From the NCBI GenBank assembly GCA_964016885.1, contig OZ024741.1, positions 254,014,001 to 254,078,000 on the forward strand: a stretch of DNA of 64,000 nt. The letters run 5' to 3'. The stretch comes from Eledone cirrhosa (lineage: Eukaryota). Numbering within the stretch: the stretch's first letter is position 1; every line of letters starts with the position of its first letter. A program made the translations under genes and the position numbers. The notes beneath the pieces were generated by a model. The model was not told the DNA's origin. It did not search any database and was given only the letters and a program-made list of their open reading frames with translations. This document shows, piece after piece, positions 1 to 14,722 of this stretch.

Positions 1-770
1 CCTTACGGGTTCGATAAAATAAAGTACCAGTAATGCACTGGGATAATTGCTGGCCTGGTGCCAAAAGTAGAAACAATTATTAATTTCTAATTTAGGCACA
101 AGGCCAGGAAATTGGTGTTGGGGTGGAGAAAGTTGATTAAATCAACTTCAGTATATATCGACCCCAGAAGGATGAAAGTCAAAATTAACCTCCGCATGAT
201 TTGAATTCAGAATGTAAAGAGCCAGAACAAATACTGCAATGGCATTTTTATCCAACGCTCTACCAATTCTGTCTATCCACCACTCTTGTAATCATTGTCA
301 TTATTAAGTTGCCGTTCAGGACAGTGGGTTGGCAAAATCGGTAGAGCGTCGGACATCATGCTTTGCAACATAGAGTTACGCCTTTTTACGTTCTGCTTTC
401 AAATCCCGCCGAGATTAGCTTTGCTTTCATACTTACGGGGTCTATAAAATAAAGTACCAGTAATGGACTGGTGTCGATTTAATTGACTTTCCCCTCTCCC
501 TTCAAATTGTTGGCTCTGTGCTTAAAGTAAAAACAATAATTTAAGTTAGTGTTTCTTCTTCTTGTGAGTTAAAATCCTGCCGAGATTAGCTTTACCTTTC
601 ATCCTTACGGGGCCGAAAGAATAAATTACCAGTAGCTCACTGGGATCGATTTAATCGATTCTCCCCATTTCCTTCAAATTGTTGGCCTTGTGCCAAAAGT
701 AGAAACAATTATTAAGTGTTTACAGCTGTGGGTTAGCAGAATCGTTAGAGCATCAGAAAAAATGCTTTGT
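1..770. mobile_element. Cluster of tRNA-derived SINE copies (mostly +, one - at ~83-290)
   Basis: Repeated gttcaaatcccgccgagg...gcctttcatccttacggggtcgataaaataaagtacc...gtagaaacaattat. The central block resembles the Nin domain (from recall). Confidence 0.85.
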
Positions 771-1029
771 AAAGAAAAGGAGATTCTCGTCGTTTCGTGT
801 AAGCGTTAATCCTTTGAATCGTAAGAATATTTTACAGATTTTGAAGATTCCAGATATCGCGCCCATGTGTAGCTTATGGATTAAGGAACTACATTCTTTT
901 TCCACATATCAAAAATTCAGTCATGCTGTCGTCCAGGCGAGTTGGTATATAACTCGAGGAGAGATTTGTGTCAGCTTTTATTTCATGTCTTTCCTCTATA
1001 TCTGTTGTTAGCCTATTAATATTATTATT

Positions 1030-2700
1030 TTCATGCTCATAAGATGAGATGGTTGCTGACCTTTTTCTTCTGTTGAAGATATTGCTTCAGTGTTAATATG
1101 CAAGTTTCATGTGATGTTAATATGGATTTTATGCTCCGGTCACCTTCCTCAAGTGGGAAATATAGCTTATCCACGTCACCTTTGATGTTAACGTTTCCAG
1201 TAACACTGAGCAGCTTTCGAGTCCTTACATTCATTCGTTCAGTTCTTGCAATGACTAGTTTAGCAAACCAAATGTTGGCACAGGAAAAGTATTATGAGCA
1301 ATGTACTTGTACGCTAAGTGTTCTGATTACCATTTTCTCTTTACTCTCTTGAGATATTCATTCCTGTTCTTCTTATTTACGGGCCCATCATATCTGACAT
1401 TGTCATCCTGTCCAAGATACTTACAGTTGTCGCTGGACTGTAGAGGTTGTATCGTCAAGTTGTTCATTTTTAGATTTTCAGAGGAGAGCAAAACTTTTCT
1501 AAATTTTATTGTCAAAAATGCACGTTTTGACACAAAATTATATTCCAATGTCTGCAAAAAATTGGGTAATGAAGTCCACTTGTTTTTGACGTTGTTGATA
1601 TTTGGCGCATACAATTTCAGGTCATCGACAAGAAAAAGGAGATACTTTTGGATCCATTTCTATGACTACTATGTTTTATCAGCAACTATGATAGTGTGTT
1701 TAATGAGAGGACGAAGAGCAGCACCAACAAGCTATCACCGTGAAAGATGCCTTTTGGTAGTATATGGTAAGAGACTCAATTTGCTTTTTAACACCCCTAA
1801 GAAGAAAAGTTGTCTACAAAGTCTTGGTCAGGCGTTCAATAGCAGCTGCTAGTTGCTGTGGGATTTTGTCAATCCACACATGTGATATACTATCAAAGGC
1901 CTTCTGGTTGTCCAGTCACACTGCAGTCAAGATCCTGCGATTCTTCACTGTTTTTTCTTGGATCATTTTGTTGATTATTAACTACTCTATGCAGCCCGAC
2001 CGACAACACTTACTTTCCCTCCAGCTTGTTCGGGTGTTATAATGTTGTTGGTGGCACAATGATCCTGCAAGAACAGGTTGATGCACCCAGTGTATAATTT
2101 GTTCACGATGTTTTGGCCCGCTATTTGACGGTAATATTTAGTAAGAATGATCTGACTATAGGGAAAGAGAATGGGAGTAATGGCAATTGATAGCGATTGG
2201 AGTAGTTATTGTGTGCCCTTGATACTTTTTCTATATGTATGAGATCTCGGTTATGCGGTCTGGGCCTGGGCATTTCCTGTTTGACATTTCCTGTAGAGCT
2301 GTTTCCTGTATTGCACCGTCTATTTCGTAATGCTGGCAGTAGTCCTACTCCAGTTCTTTTAGCCATATAGCTTGTTTGCTGAACTCATTTTTTTGTTTTC
2401 CATGAAGATCTCCAGTAGCTCAGCCTGACCTTCTGTAGAGGTGTCTTTTAAAGAGATTGAGTCTTTCCCATTGAAGCTACAATAGACTAACTTGGGATCT
2501 CTGGCAAAAAAGATATTCAGCATTTGCCGTATATATGCTGGAGATTTATATTTTAGTTTCTCATCTATAGCTGTGAGATGTTGTTCCAGCTAGTGTAGTT
2601 TGGAGTTCAAGGTTTTAAATTCTGTATCACCAAATCGCTTGTCTAGTTCCTAAGTGTTTCTGCGAAATTGTTCTCTGCATTACATTTCATAACTACAACA
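1030..2700 (-). mobile_element. Degenerate non-LTR retrotransposon RT relic (R4/Dong-like)
   Basis: Minus strand encodes LFLVDDLKLYA, CKYLGQDD and LYFPLEEGDR, with many stops and frameshifts. Confidence 0.65.
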
Positions 2701-2739
2701 CTGGTTCCGTTTTGCGGATCATATTCTGCGCGTCCCAGA

Positions 2740-3174
<435 letters not shown>

Positions 3175-5755
3175 ATACTTTGGGAGGATCATGCTGCCAA
3201 TAAAAACACATGCAAATTATTATAAACTTCCAGTTAGTTAGTTTAATAACCGGGTGGTTCATTTGTTTATTGTCAAAGCTCTTTGGTCACACATTCTGTG
3301 ACTTCCTCAGTGGCTAATTTGTTATCTTGTGTCTCTCCTTTGTTCTGCCTTACACCATTTTGTTTTTGTGAGCTGTGTACTGTCTATTTGGGTTGCGCAA
3401 GAGTTATATCCGGGGGCTTTATTTATTCATTTATTTATCTATACATTTATTTACTTGTCACTGGTTGGTTGCTTGTTCTATCTGTGTGTATCTGGTTTGA
3501 TTTATTTGTTTGGTACTTGTGTGTCTCTGTACATCTTTATCTTGTCCTTAGTTACTAGTGGTGATGTTGTTGCTATTCCACTCATGTTTTGTTTAATTTT
3601 AGTTGGACTTCGTTTAGTTTTGTCGCTTCTGTAATCTGTTGGAACAGTTCGTCTTTTCTGTGTGTAGATATGATTTTTTTTTCTGTTCTCTATTGTGCCC
3701 CCATGTTCCATTCTGGCTTGCTGGTTCAGTTCAAATGAGTTCTTCCCATCTTGGAGTTCTCGCCAGTGTTCATTTATCCTTTCTCCTATGCTACGGGCCG
3801 TTCCTATTCCTATACTGTCCCTCCGTACATCTTATGCTATATAGTACGTTCCTAGTTTTGCAGTTAATTTGGCGAACTAGCTTACAGATTTAGAAGGCTA
3901 TAGACAAACTAAAATTAAATATTAAGATAGTTGAAAAACCAAGAATTTCCATAAAAGCTCTAATTCGTAGAACTTATTCTTTTGGACCCCCTCCCCCCTC
4001 CCCCCCCCAAACCAAAATCCCTGCACTAATAGAAAATGTATAGTCTGCAAATTAAGCCCAGAAATTAAATACATCCTTTCCGTGGGCTCTGGAAACGCAT
4101 TTCGATTAGTAGAAGGACAACAACCTGAGACAGTAGAAGCAAATCAATAGCACACTGCACAGAATAATAACTGTCCCTTACAGAGCCAACCTACACTGTC
4201 GTTACAAAGGGAAAATGTGAAATTGTGACATCCATGTATTTCTATTTCAGAATGCATAACGTCTATGGAATTAATTATTGAGAAGCGAAACTGTACTGCA
4301 AAACCCGTTTCCCGAATCGACTTCTTGAATTACCTCATGTATAGGCAGTTTTGTGACGAATTGGCAGAGGTGCGAGAACACCGGATAGAATGCTTGCGGT
4401 ATTTGTTCCGGCTTTCTGAGTTCAAATCCTACTGAGGTCGACTTTGACTTTTGAGGTCGGTAAAAGAAAGTACCAGTTAAGCACTAGAGTCGATTCTTCC
4501 TTTATATCTCCACCGCCACTCTTCAAACCTAGAGAAATAAACGGCTCCACCAAGTTTAAAGTAGCCATAATACGCCGCATGTCACGACGGTGCCCTTCTG
4601 ATTCCATCGGGAGCTACGTGTCCATATATACATAGGCAGTTAGCTAGAGGCTGTTGTTGAGTAGAAGCTGCGACTGTCTTGTTTTGTATATATATGACGC
4701 CTTTTCATTAAAAAAGAGCAAGCTGTAATTTACGGAGATTTGACGGTTATTTCTAACAGTTCGAACGACCGCACAGTCTCTTCTCCTTCGTTGGTACCAG
4801 GATTTTAGGAAAGTGGAAGATGTGATAATTCACTTTCTAAATGACATCTGACGCGAGATGGAAAGCGAGAGCCTACTTGTAATTTATGATACTAAAAAAC
4901 CCCACTCAACTCGACAATTTCTTAGCACAATAAAACCATTGGTGAGGTGGAGGTAATGAGTTTATGCGGCACCCATACATTTCTCGGGGCCATTACATAT
5001 AACTGAATTGAATTTGGTTAACCCGGAATCAAACCCTGTTGCAAACGTATATCATTAGACGCCCCGACAGAAGTCAGACGCAACGGTTATCTCCCTTGTT
5101 GCTCTCTTTCGTTTTTCTGTTGCCCTCGCTCCTGCTCTTTCTCTCTCTCTCGCTCTTTTTCTTTTAAATTGTCACCTCCTCCTCTGTGTATATACTCTAT
5201 ACTTTCATTTCTCTAACGTCTTATTCTTGTGTTATCTCCTCTTCATTTTCATTGCCTTTTCTATCTCAAACTCACACTTATACTTTTTTCTCCTTATCAT
5301 ATGCCACTATTTTATTCATCTCTCTGTCTTATTCTTTCTTTCTCACGATCTCTCTGTTTATATATATATAAATATATATAAATATATATATATATATATT
5401 TCTCTTGTAAGTCTCCTCACACTACTTCTTTTGTCTTGTTTAAGCCGTTCTCTCTCTTTCTTTCTCTCTTTATCTTCTTTTTATATATATCTTAGACCAT
5501 TAGTTTTTCTCCTTTGTCTTCTTTATCTCACTTCCCTTTATCCTACACCTTCCTTTATCATATCCTTTACCTCCTCTTTGTTTTGTATACTCTTTTGTAC
5601 CCTTTCTTTTTTGTCTTCCATCACCACCCACATTTACTTGTTCTCTCTATCTATCCTCTTACCGCGTCTCCCTTATTTCTCTCCCTCTTTCTCCTTTTCT
5701 TCGTCTTCCTCCCACTCCAACTACTCACCTTATTATTCTCGCCTCTCACTCAAAC

Positions 5756-5807
5756 TCAGTACCAGTCATCATATTTTCGTCAGAGTCCGTCTTCCTCCGA
5801 GGTAAGT
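5756..5807 (+). promoter_or_regulatory. Candidate start site and non-coding first exon of ZNF gene 1
   Basis: TCAGT initiator-like motif at 5756 after a ~650-bp pyrimidine-rich tract. Consensus donor GAG|GTAAGT at 5801/2. Confidence 0.45.
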
Positions 5808-7682
5808 TCCAAATCTGAATTGTTTTTTAATCACATTAGAACCTCATGTCCCAAGGATTAAAGGTAATCCTAGATTAACGAACTTTTCACTCCGTCATAA
5901 ATTCAAATAAACAAACCTTTCTACCTCTCGCTCTCTACACACACATTCATGTGTATATATATATATACACACATATTTATGTATATATATTTATATATAT
6001 ATATGTATGTATGTATACACTTCACACAACTATGTGAGTCTCTATCTATCTATTTATATTAATATATATATTATGTATATTTGTATATATACACACCTCT
6101 ATAGCTGTGTGCATAATAGAAGCTTGTCTTCACTGAGATAACTTCACTGACCTAAACACATACATACAATATATGTCTTATAAACGTATATTTATACAAC
6201 ATAGATGTGTGTAAATAAACATTTATGAATAAACACATACATATATGTGTGTGTGTGTGTGTGCGTATACATAACACAAACATCTATAATTGTGTTGTGT
6301 ATATACATATATACCACGCGTATCTGTGTTGTATAAATATATTTCGAATAAATATTTCCATTATTATTCCAAACAACAGAATGGGTTGAACAACCTTGTA
6401 TTTAGTCAGGTCTCTTTATGTTTTGAGTTTAAATCCAGCCCATGTCGGTGTTTACTTATTAACCTTCTGGGATCGATAAAATAAGCACCGGGTTCGATAT
6501 TAATTACAACACATGAATCCATGTGCTTTACAGATTCGTTAAAGCATCGGACAAATGCATTTTGGTATTTAATTACGGTCCGTTACGTTCTAAATTCAGA
6601 TCCTGACGATGTCAACTTTGCCTTTCATCCTTCCAGGGGTTGATAAAGTCAAGTACCCGAGTCGATTTAACCCCCCCCCCCCCCAAAAAAAAAGTGCCTG
6701 TGTCTAAATTAGAAAACTATTATTATTACTATCCTGTCAGTGGATACATTACCAGTAATACACTAGTACTCTTTTCAATCATCTATAGTTCTCGAAATGT
6801 TTGGTCGTCTGTTGCTTGTTCCGTTTGCCGAAAACTGGTATTTGACTGTGAAACTCCATTTATTGTGTACAAATACTCTTTAATTTTTAATAGGAACTCA
6901 AAGGAATAGATTGCAGTTTTCTTTCTGTCAGAATCTTTGATATTGTGAGTGAGAGCTATCAACTCTGTATTTCTACCAAACGGTGTAAGGTGTATATGTT
7001 GTTTATACATGTGCTTCTCTATCAGATGTGTATAATAAATACGTATGTCTGTTGCATATGACATATGTGTTTATGAATCCAATGACTGCATGTGTGTATT
7101 GTATATGACATTTCCAACGTGTTTTTATGATGTGTGTAAATTATGTGTTTATGATGTGTCTATTGTATATATGTGCATTGCATATGTATCCAATGTGTAT
7201 ATTACATCCAGTGTAGTTATGATGCGTGTATTTGTTTATGTATCCACTGTGTACATGATATAAACATCTCTCTAGCCAAATCCCTTTCAGATCACCTTCA
7301 GTCTTAAGAGAAAGTCACATTAACCCCCCAAAGACTGTATGGTCAAAGCTGGAATGCTTTTGATCATAGGTCTGTTGTCTCAGAGCTGACCTAGAGACAA
7401 ACAACGTGTATTGGATTGTCTATCTATGTGCATATTAGACATGTATGTATGTGTGTGTGACTACCCACTCCTGTGTCTGGTGGACAAACCACATCCAATT
7501 ACCCTACCCTTCCCCCCTTTTTTTGTGAGTGTAATACAAAATACCATATCCTTCTGTCATTAGTAAAGGTGAATCTTGTAAAACTAGTGACATGTGTATG
7601 CATGCATATGTGTTGTCCTAGATATATTGGACCAGGACAAACAACACCACAGAACATGGAATGCAACTGGCCATCACACTCA

Positions 7683-8400
7683 ACATCATCATCATCATTT
7701 TACGTCCACTTTTCCCTGCTTGCAAGGGTGAGATGGGTCTTATTCAGCACAGCATCTCTCCACGGTCCTTCGTCATCTCCACCATGAGCTTCAGCTAACT
7801 GAGGTCTGTTCTCACCACCTCTGCCCATGTTTTTCGTGGTCTACCTCTACCTCGTCTTCCTTCAACTGGCATTTCCTGGCACTTCACCCATCGGTCATCC
7901 TCCATGCGTATCACAAGTCCATACCACCGCAGTCTCCTCTCTTGCACACTACATTCTATCCCTCTCAGACAGAGTTTCTCTCCCTCTCAGACAGAGTTTC
8001 TCTCTCAACACATCCATGCTGGGTTGTTCACGCACATGACACTGCACATCCAACAGAGCATGCTTGCCTCATTTCTCTCCAACCGTCGCATATCCTCTGC
8101 AGTTGCTGCCCATGTCTCACTACCATGCAGCATCGTGCTCCTCACACAGGCATCATATAACGAGTCTTTCGTACGCAGGGAGAAACCCTTCTTCGTCAGC
8201 AGAGGAAGCAGCTCCCTAAACTTCTTCCAACCCGTCCTTATTCTAGATACTATGGCCTCGGAACACCCCCCTCCCATGCTAATCTGATCTCCTAGGTACC
8301 GGAAGCTATCCACCACTTCTATAGCACCCGCCTGCATTTGAAAAATGTGTCTATTAATGCGACTTCTACTGTCTAATTTCCCTGTACATCTACTGCATAC
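7683..8400 (-). mobile_element. RTE LINE 3' fragment with (GAT)n tail
   Basis: EVVDSFRYLGD...GWKKFRELLPLL...MLHGSETW, the same family as the 50-52.8 kb element. Tail reads catcatcatcat at ~7684. Confidence 0.85.
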
Positions 8401-9924
8401 GTATTTCTCAATATATGAATATACATATTTAAACTGGCCATATCTGGCCAGAATTCTCTCACCTCTTTCTGTTTAAAGTGACTATAACCGTCTGCTCAAT
8501 CTGACGTTAAGGTATTGTTCTCAAAGTGAATATCAAAATCTTGTAGATTCAATATTATGTGAGATAAAGTGTTTACCTTGAAAATACAATAGTAAATATA
8601 GAGTAATGCAAATACTAAACGGTTAAAGTAATCATTGCAAACTACATTTCGCTAATGGAAAAAACAACAACACTGGCATACAAACAAAACATAAAATTTG
8701 TTGTGGACTATGTCAGTCCTTTCTCAGGACCTCAATTTTTCCACAATAAATTGCACATCCAACAGACTGCACTCATGCCATTTCTCTCCGGCCTCTATAG
8801 ATCTTCCATATTCAGTACTCCATATCTCACTACTATGTGGATTAAAATAACACATCCAACAGATCATACTCATCTCATTTCTCTCCAACCACACTTGATA
8901 CTCCATGTCTCCTCTCCCTCCTCAAAGTTTGGACAGGTGATCACAGACCAAGATAATACTTAAGCTGAACTATTGACCTCTCAGACATGCCAAGGATCTG
9001 CATCTCACATACATTCCTGCTTTCTACCGAGTACATTTTATCATGGTACCAACACTAGGAAGCTTGTCATGATTTGATGCAGCTGAAGAGTCCTCCTGAC
9101 TCTTTGTTTGGCTTGTTTCCTTCCTATCACCTCATAATATCATATGCCTCACATACATTCGGTACAGTGGGATAAACAACCATATAAATATTTGTGGAAG
9201 AAGTTAGAAAACTATTAACACACTTGGTAGGACAAGGATATGATAGAAAATATTTTAATACAGCATTTTTGTTGTAATCTTAGTATTAAAAAGGAGATTA
9301 TGAAAATGTTCAGGGCTATTTCCAGATTGCAGCTAGAAAATTTATGGCTAAATAAGTATCAGAAATTATAGGGAATTCTTTGGATTTCAATTGAATCAAA
9401 ATAGTGGGAAAGGTAAAATTTGTTTGTTATATTTTCTATTGAGGTAGTATGATTGGAGTCAGTTGTAGGTGTATCATAAATTGAGAGGATGTATGAATTC
9501 TCTTATGGGTAGTCTTGACTGGTATTCTTCCAGCCTCTGGCCTATTTAGTTTTGATGGCATTACTGGCATTCCGGTTGACCTCCTCTTGGGTTTATGATA
9601 AGACTGAGTGCAGGAGTGTGAGTGATTCCTGACCAAATGACCTGAGTTTTTCCTCCATTTCTTTCTCTCTTTATTCCTTGTCGGGTCCTTTGAAGCTTGC
9701 ATTAAGGGTCCTTTGAAGCTTGCATTAAGGTTGTGAGTGGATCAATGCCGGTACACGTTTGGCTGAATGACCAGGATACTTGTTTATTTGTATATTTCTT
9801 TATTCCTTATGCAGGGAGTTGGGTGATAGCAAGCTAATTTTATTGGGAAAGGAAATGCACAAGGAATTCTGATAAATTTTCATAAAATAATTTTGCAAAT
9901 CTCCATTAACCAGTTTTGATCTTT

Positions 9925-10135
9925 GTGTAGTCCACTCTGTAAAGTGGTCGTGTACGAGACACGGTAAAAAGGCTCCCAGTCCACACTGTAAAGTGGTCGT
10001 GTAGGAGACACGGTAAAAAGGCTCCCAGTCCACACTGTAAATGTGGTTGGTGTTAGGAAGCGCATCCAGCCATAGAAAACCTGTGAGACACGGTCTCCCG
10101 ACCAATCTCGCCTCACGTGGGACAAAACCGTCCAT
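9925..10135 (+). mobile_element. SINE/RTE 3' module with ~49-bp internal repeats
   Basis: cagtccacactgtaaagtggtcgtgtaggagacacggtaaaaaggctcc repeated, then ggttggtgttaggaag..catccagcc. Related copies at ~18890-19090, 24980-25285, 32000-32165 and 53235-53510. Confidence 0.7.
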
Positions 10136-10508
10136 CTTATATATACTATATAAATATACTATGTAAATATATGTATATATATGTGTGTGTGTGTGTATAT
10201 AATGTGGTTTGAAGTATGTGCTTAATTTTTATATTGTTTTTGGATATTTGTATTTACGTATTATTCACCTTTTGTATCCTTTCGTTTTTTCAATAATAGT
10301 TTGGTTATTTCCCTGTTGTGTTGTATGGGATCTGGTTTTTCTGATACAAGCTTCTTGGCACATGGCATCATGCTGTTAGACTAAATGAAGAGACAAAAAG
10401 GATTTGTGTCCAGAAGGGCATATTGGCTGTAAAACATAACCTCAAAAAGTCCCATGCAATCCATGTTAGCATGGAAAAGTGAACATAAAAACAATGATAT
10501 ATATGTGG

Positions 10509-10540
<32 letters not shown>

Positions 10541-11085
10541 GTACATGCGCGCGTGCACACACACACACACTTGTATGTATCATTGTTCTATGCTAGCATG
10601 GGTTAGACGTATGTATGTATGTGTATGTATATATATAGTCTAATGTTTAAATCAGGTTTCAGAAGATTTATTCCATCCTGTGTTTGGTATCTATGGCAAT
10701 TAATGGCAGCACTTTCTCTGTATTTTCCAGGTTATCTCTTACCATTAGTTCAGTTGTGTCAACTGCAAAGATGGTGAACATACTACAACTACAACAACAG
10801 AAAAAGAAAGATATTTTCCACTGTACAAAAACAACAACACTGGCTATAGCCAACTGAATATTTATATCTGGGATTTCTTTGGATGGTTGAATTTTTTTTT
10901 TTTTTTTTTGACTTTTATCTCTGGATTATACCATTAAACTGTCATATATAGTTCCTCTACACTCTGATCATCACTGCTGCATTTAACCATATTTGCTTTC
11001 CTCAGTGTCATCCTTCTATCTGTTCTGTCTCTCTGTTTCGCAGTAGTTCCCACAAATATTTGTTTCACTACCTCCACCCCTCACC

Positions 11086-11478
11086 ATGTTCCCTATGCAG
11101 CCCATGTATGCTATCACCAACCAGTACAACTATGATATCACCAGTGGTATCGGTGCTGGTCAGCCTGTCTATCCAAATACCATCAACCTGAAAAACTCTT
11201 CCATATCCCACGACCGCTGTAACTCTACTTCTTCTGGTACTGGTAACGGTGGTGGTGGTGGTGGGCACAGCAGCAGCAGTGGTGGAGGAAGTAGTGGAGG
11301 TGGTGACAAACCATTCAAGTGTGATGTCTGCAGGAAATCCTTCTCCAGAAAAGCCAACCTCAACAACCATGAACACGCAGCTGCAGTAGCAGCCTCCACT
11401 GCAAATTCCAGCAGCATATCTACAGTTGGAGAGAAGCATTTCAGCTGTTCCTTCTGTTCCAAGACTTTTTCACAAAAG
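11086..11478 (+). CDS. C2H2 zinc-finger gene 1, coding exon 1 (Gly/Ser-rich N-terminus, one degenerate finger, first half of next finger)
   Basis: ATG at 11086, acceptor ...ctctgtttcgCAG at 11041-11043, donor AAG|GTAAAC at 11478/9 in phase 0. Joining to 12781 rebuilds the canonical finger CSFCSKTFSQK|VFVRNHELTH (C-x2-C-x12-H-x3-H). Confidence 0.9.
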
Positions 11479-11519
11479 GTAAACTTTGATTTCACTTTTC
11501 AACATCATTAATCACATTG

Positions 11520-11725
11520 ACAGTGGATTGGTAGAATTGGTAGAGCGTCGGACAACATATAGTTACAGCTTTTTATGTTCTGAGTTCAAATCTCGCCGAG
11601 GTTAGCTTTGCCTTTTATCCTTACAGGGTTGATAAAATAAAGTACCAGTAAAACACTGGGGTAGATTTAATTGACTTGCACCTTCCTTTCAAATTGCTTG
11701 CCTTGTGCCAAAAGTAGAAACAATT
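11520..11725 (+). mobile_element. SINE copy in ZNF1 intron
   Basis: Full head-to-tail match to the common SINE. Confidence 0.8.
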
Positions 11726-12229
11726 GTCATATTGGCTCTTAGCAAAATAATGAAACTTTTCAGAACGTTCTTTATAAAGCTGCCAAGGTCACCTGTGCCT
11801 TCCCTCCTTTCAGTGGGTGGGGTTGATAAAATGAAGTACCTGTTCAGGTCAGTGGACTGACAGAATCATAAGAATGTTAGGCTAGATGCACTTTGGTATT
11901 TGTTTCAGTTATTAGCCTTCAGAATTCAAAACAGGCTGTAGACCTAACACAGCTGTCAGTAATAGGTGGGCCATTCCCCAGAAATTAGTCACTGATGTGT
12001 TTTTTGTGAGCCTCAAACCTATTCAGAATTTTATGTGATATGATATAATATAAACATGTGAACCATGAGCAAAACTAAAAGGTTCCTCAAGTGGACCATT
12101 ACAAAAAGAAGTTGCCAATCCCTGATTTAATGCATCATTTAGTTTAACATTACCATCAGTTCCTGGAGGAGTGTTTTTAACTGAGACCAATCCATCACAA
12201 ACATTCAAATCAGATCTCCATTTTGAGAA

Positions 12230-12602
12230 TCCCATCCTGCTTTCTTCCCATTAGTCTTAAGGGTTGTGAGAAGGATCATGGGCTCTTTCCTTCTCTTCCT
12301 TCTATGAATCTCGGAGGTCCTGAAAAGAGTCAAGGGTACTACTCCACCCTTCCTCCTACCAGTCTCCTCAGAGGTCCTCAATTGAGTCAAAGGCACTACC
12401 TCTCTCTCTTCCCACCAGACTCAGAAGTCCTGAAAAGGGTCATGGGCTCTGTCCCTCCCTCCAGAATCAGAGGTCCTGAAAAGAGTCAACAGCATTGCCT
12501 TCACCAGTTTTAGAGGTTCTGAAACAAATCAAAGGCACTGCCCTTTCCTTCCTCTCACCAGTTTTGGAGGTTCTGAAAAGAATCAAGGGCACTACCCCTC
12601 TG
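12230..12602. repeat. Degenerate ~50-bp minisatellite
   Basis: gaggtcctgaaaagagtcaagggcactac recurs about 7 times. Confidence 0.75.
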
Positions 12603-12670
12603 AATGCTAGACAGATCAGGTGACCATAACATAAATACTTATTAGTATTACCTTGTCACTGACACACACA

Positions 12671-12733
<63 letters not shown>

Positions 12734-12780
12734 AAGTTAGTAAATATATCTTGTAATTTGTAGCCTATTTCTTCTTGTAG

Positions 12781-13066
12781 GTGTTTGTTCGCAATCATGA
12801 ACTAACACACACTGGTGTGAGGCCTCACCAGTGTCCTTTGTGTCCAAAAGCATTTGCTCAAAAGGTCCACCTGAAAGTCCATTCACGAATTCATTCTGGA
12901 GAAAAGCCTTATCACTGCACTTACTGTTCAAAAGCATTTTCACAGCGAGACCACCTAAGCAACCATGAACGGGTGCACACTGGAGAGAAGCCATTCCGCT
13001 GTTCTTTTTGTTGTAAAGCATTCTCTCAGCGCTCCCACCTGCGTAATCACTTGAGGACACACACAG
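12781..13066 (+). CDS. C2H2 zinc-finger gene 1, coding exon 2 (tandem fingers with TGEKP-type linkers)
   Basis: Acceptor ttcttcttgTAG ends at 12780. Three complete fingers. Donor ACAG|GTAGG at 13066/7 in phase 1. Confidence 0.92.
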
Positions 13067-13584
13067 GTAGGCTCTGTTTACTGTTCACGTCTGATTGTAG
13101 TTGTAAAGGAAAGAGGAGATATATTAAAATATCAATATGTTATGGGAGGAAAGCATTGCTGTCTTATTGCAAAATCTAATTCATCACTATGTTGTTCTGT
13201 ATTCTATACCATTGGACTGCAGTTTCGGCAAGTGTTTTTTACTATGGTCTTGGATTTCCCATCTATTTTCCATGGGTTAGCCAGGTTGTCACACTCTGAG
13301 GCTCGACAGGCAAGTCAGACAACTGTCTTGCCCATTGCTCATACATTTTATTTTAGCATGGTTTCTATAGCTGGTGTCCCTTCCTAACACCGACTACTTC
13401 ATGGCATGTATTTGATAAGGTGGACTGAGTGTTTTTTCATGCCACCAGCACTACCACTTTACAGTGTGGACTGAGTGTATTTTTCTAGTGACATTAGGTA
13501 AATGATAGAAATTGTGCAGCTGCCTCTCATGTATGTATTGAAATATATGTCAGCATAAGATGTTATTGTAAGAAGGGCTCTGTG

Positions 13585-13732
13585 TACTAACACAGATCTT
13601 AAACACCAGAGTTGTGTCACATAGTCTGTGTAACTAACATAGATCTTAGTTAAACACCAGAGTAGTGTCACATGGTCTGTGTCACTAACATAGATCTTAA
13701 ACACCAATGTAGTGTCACAAGGTCTGTGTCAG
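13585..13732. repeat. ~47-50-bp tandem repeat (3 copies)
   Basis: actaacatagatcttaaacaccagagtagtgtcacatggtctgtgtc. Confidence 0.75.
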
Positions 13733-13819
13733 TATGAGCAGCCGGTTACAGCCAGTTTGAACAGTAAGAGGTGAGAGAATTCTGACCGGATATGGCCAGT
13801 TTAAATGTTAATGGGTTAA

Positions 13820-14685
13820 GTGTGGCTAATTTAGCAGAATCGTTAGAGAGTCAGTCAAAATGCTTCATGGTATTTGTTTAAAATCTTTATATTCTGATTT
13901 CAACTTTGCGTATCATCCTTTCGGGGTAGATAAAATAAAATACTGGAGTCGATATAATCGATTTTCTTCTTTCCTTCAAATTGCTGATTTTGTGCCAAAA
14001 GTAGAAACAATTATTATTACATAATGGCAGTATCGGTGGAGGATCGGATGCCATGCTTTCCAGCATAGAGTTACGGCCCTTTACGATTTGAGTTCAAATT
14101 CCGCTGAGGTTAACTTTGCTTTCCATTCTTACGGGGTCGATAAAATAAAGCACCTGTCATACACTGGGGTAATTGCTGGCCTTGTGCCAAAAGTAGAAGC
14201 AATTATTATATACCGGGCCAGTGGATTGGCAGAGTTGTTTAGAGTGTCAGATGAATGCTTAGCAGTAAGTATTTGTTTTGGCTCTTTGTTCTGACTTCAA
14301 ATTCCCCCGCAGTCATCCTTCTGTGGTTGTTAAAATAAAGTACCAGTCAAGTACTGGGGTTAATTTAATCGACTTTCTCCTTCCCGTAAAATTTCTGGCT
14401 TTGTTCCTAAATCAGAAACCATTATTATAATTGGCAGTATCGGTAGAGGGTTGGACGTAACTATGCTTTCCAGCATAGTTACGTCCCTTTATGGTCTGAG
14501 TTCATAAGGGTTGTATCAGTAGAGTGTCGGACAATATACTTTGCAACACTCTGGGTTCAAATCCTGCTTAGGTTAGTTTCGCCTTTCATCCTTATGATAA
14601 CATAAAGTACCAGCCACGCACGGGTCAATTTAATCAACTTTCCTCTCACTCGCCAAAATTGCTAGCCTTGTGCCTATAGTTATTA
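13820..14685 (+). mobile_element. Head-to-tail stack of ~5 SINE copies
   Basis: Serial copies, all in + orientation, ending about 40 bp before the 14723 acceptor. Confidence 0.85.
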
Positions 14686-14722
14686 ATGTATGTGTACTGA
14701 ATATTTGTTGTTATTTTTGCAG

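Noticed and set aside
5227-5861. Hydrophobic Leu/Ser/Phe ORFs (also 28179-28622)
   Set aside because: They are by-products of pyrimidine-rich tracts.
11068-11495. Antisense ORFs over ZNF exons (also 12737-13060, 35963-36310, 37394-37624)
   Set aside because: Shadow ORFs of the real + strand CDS.
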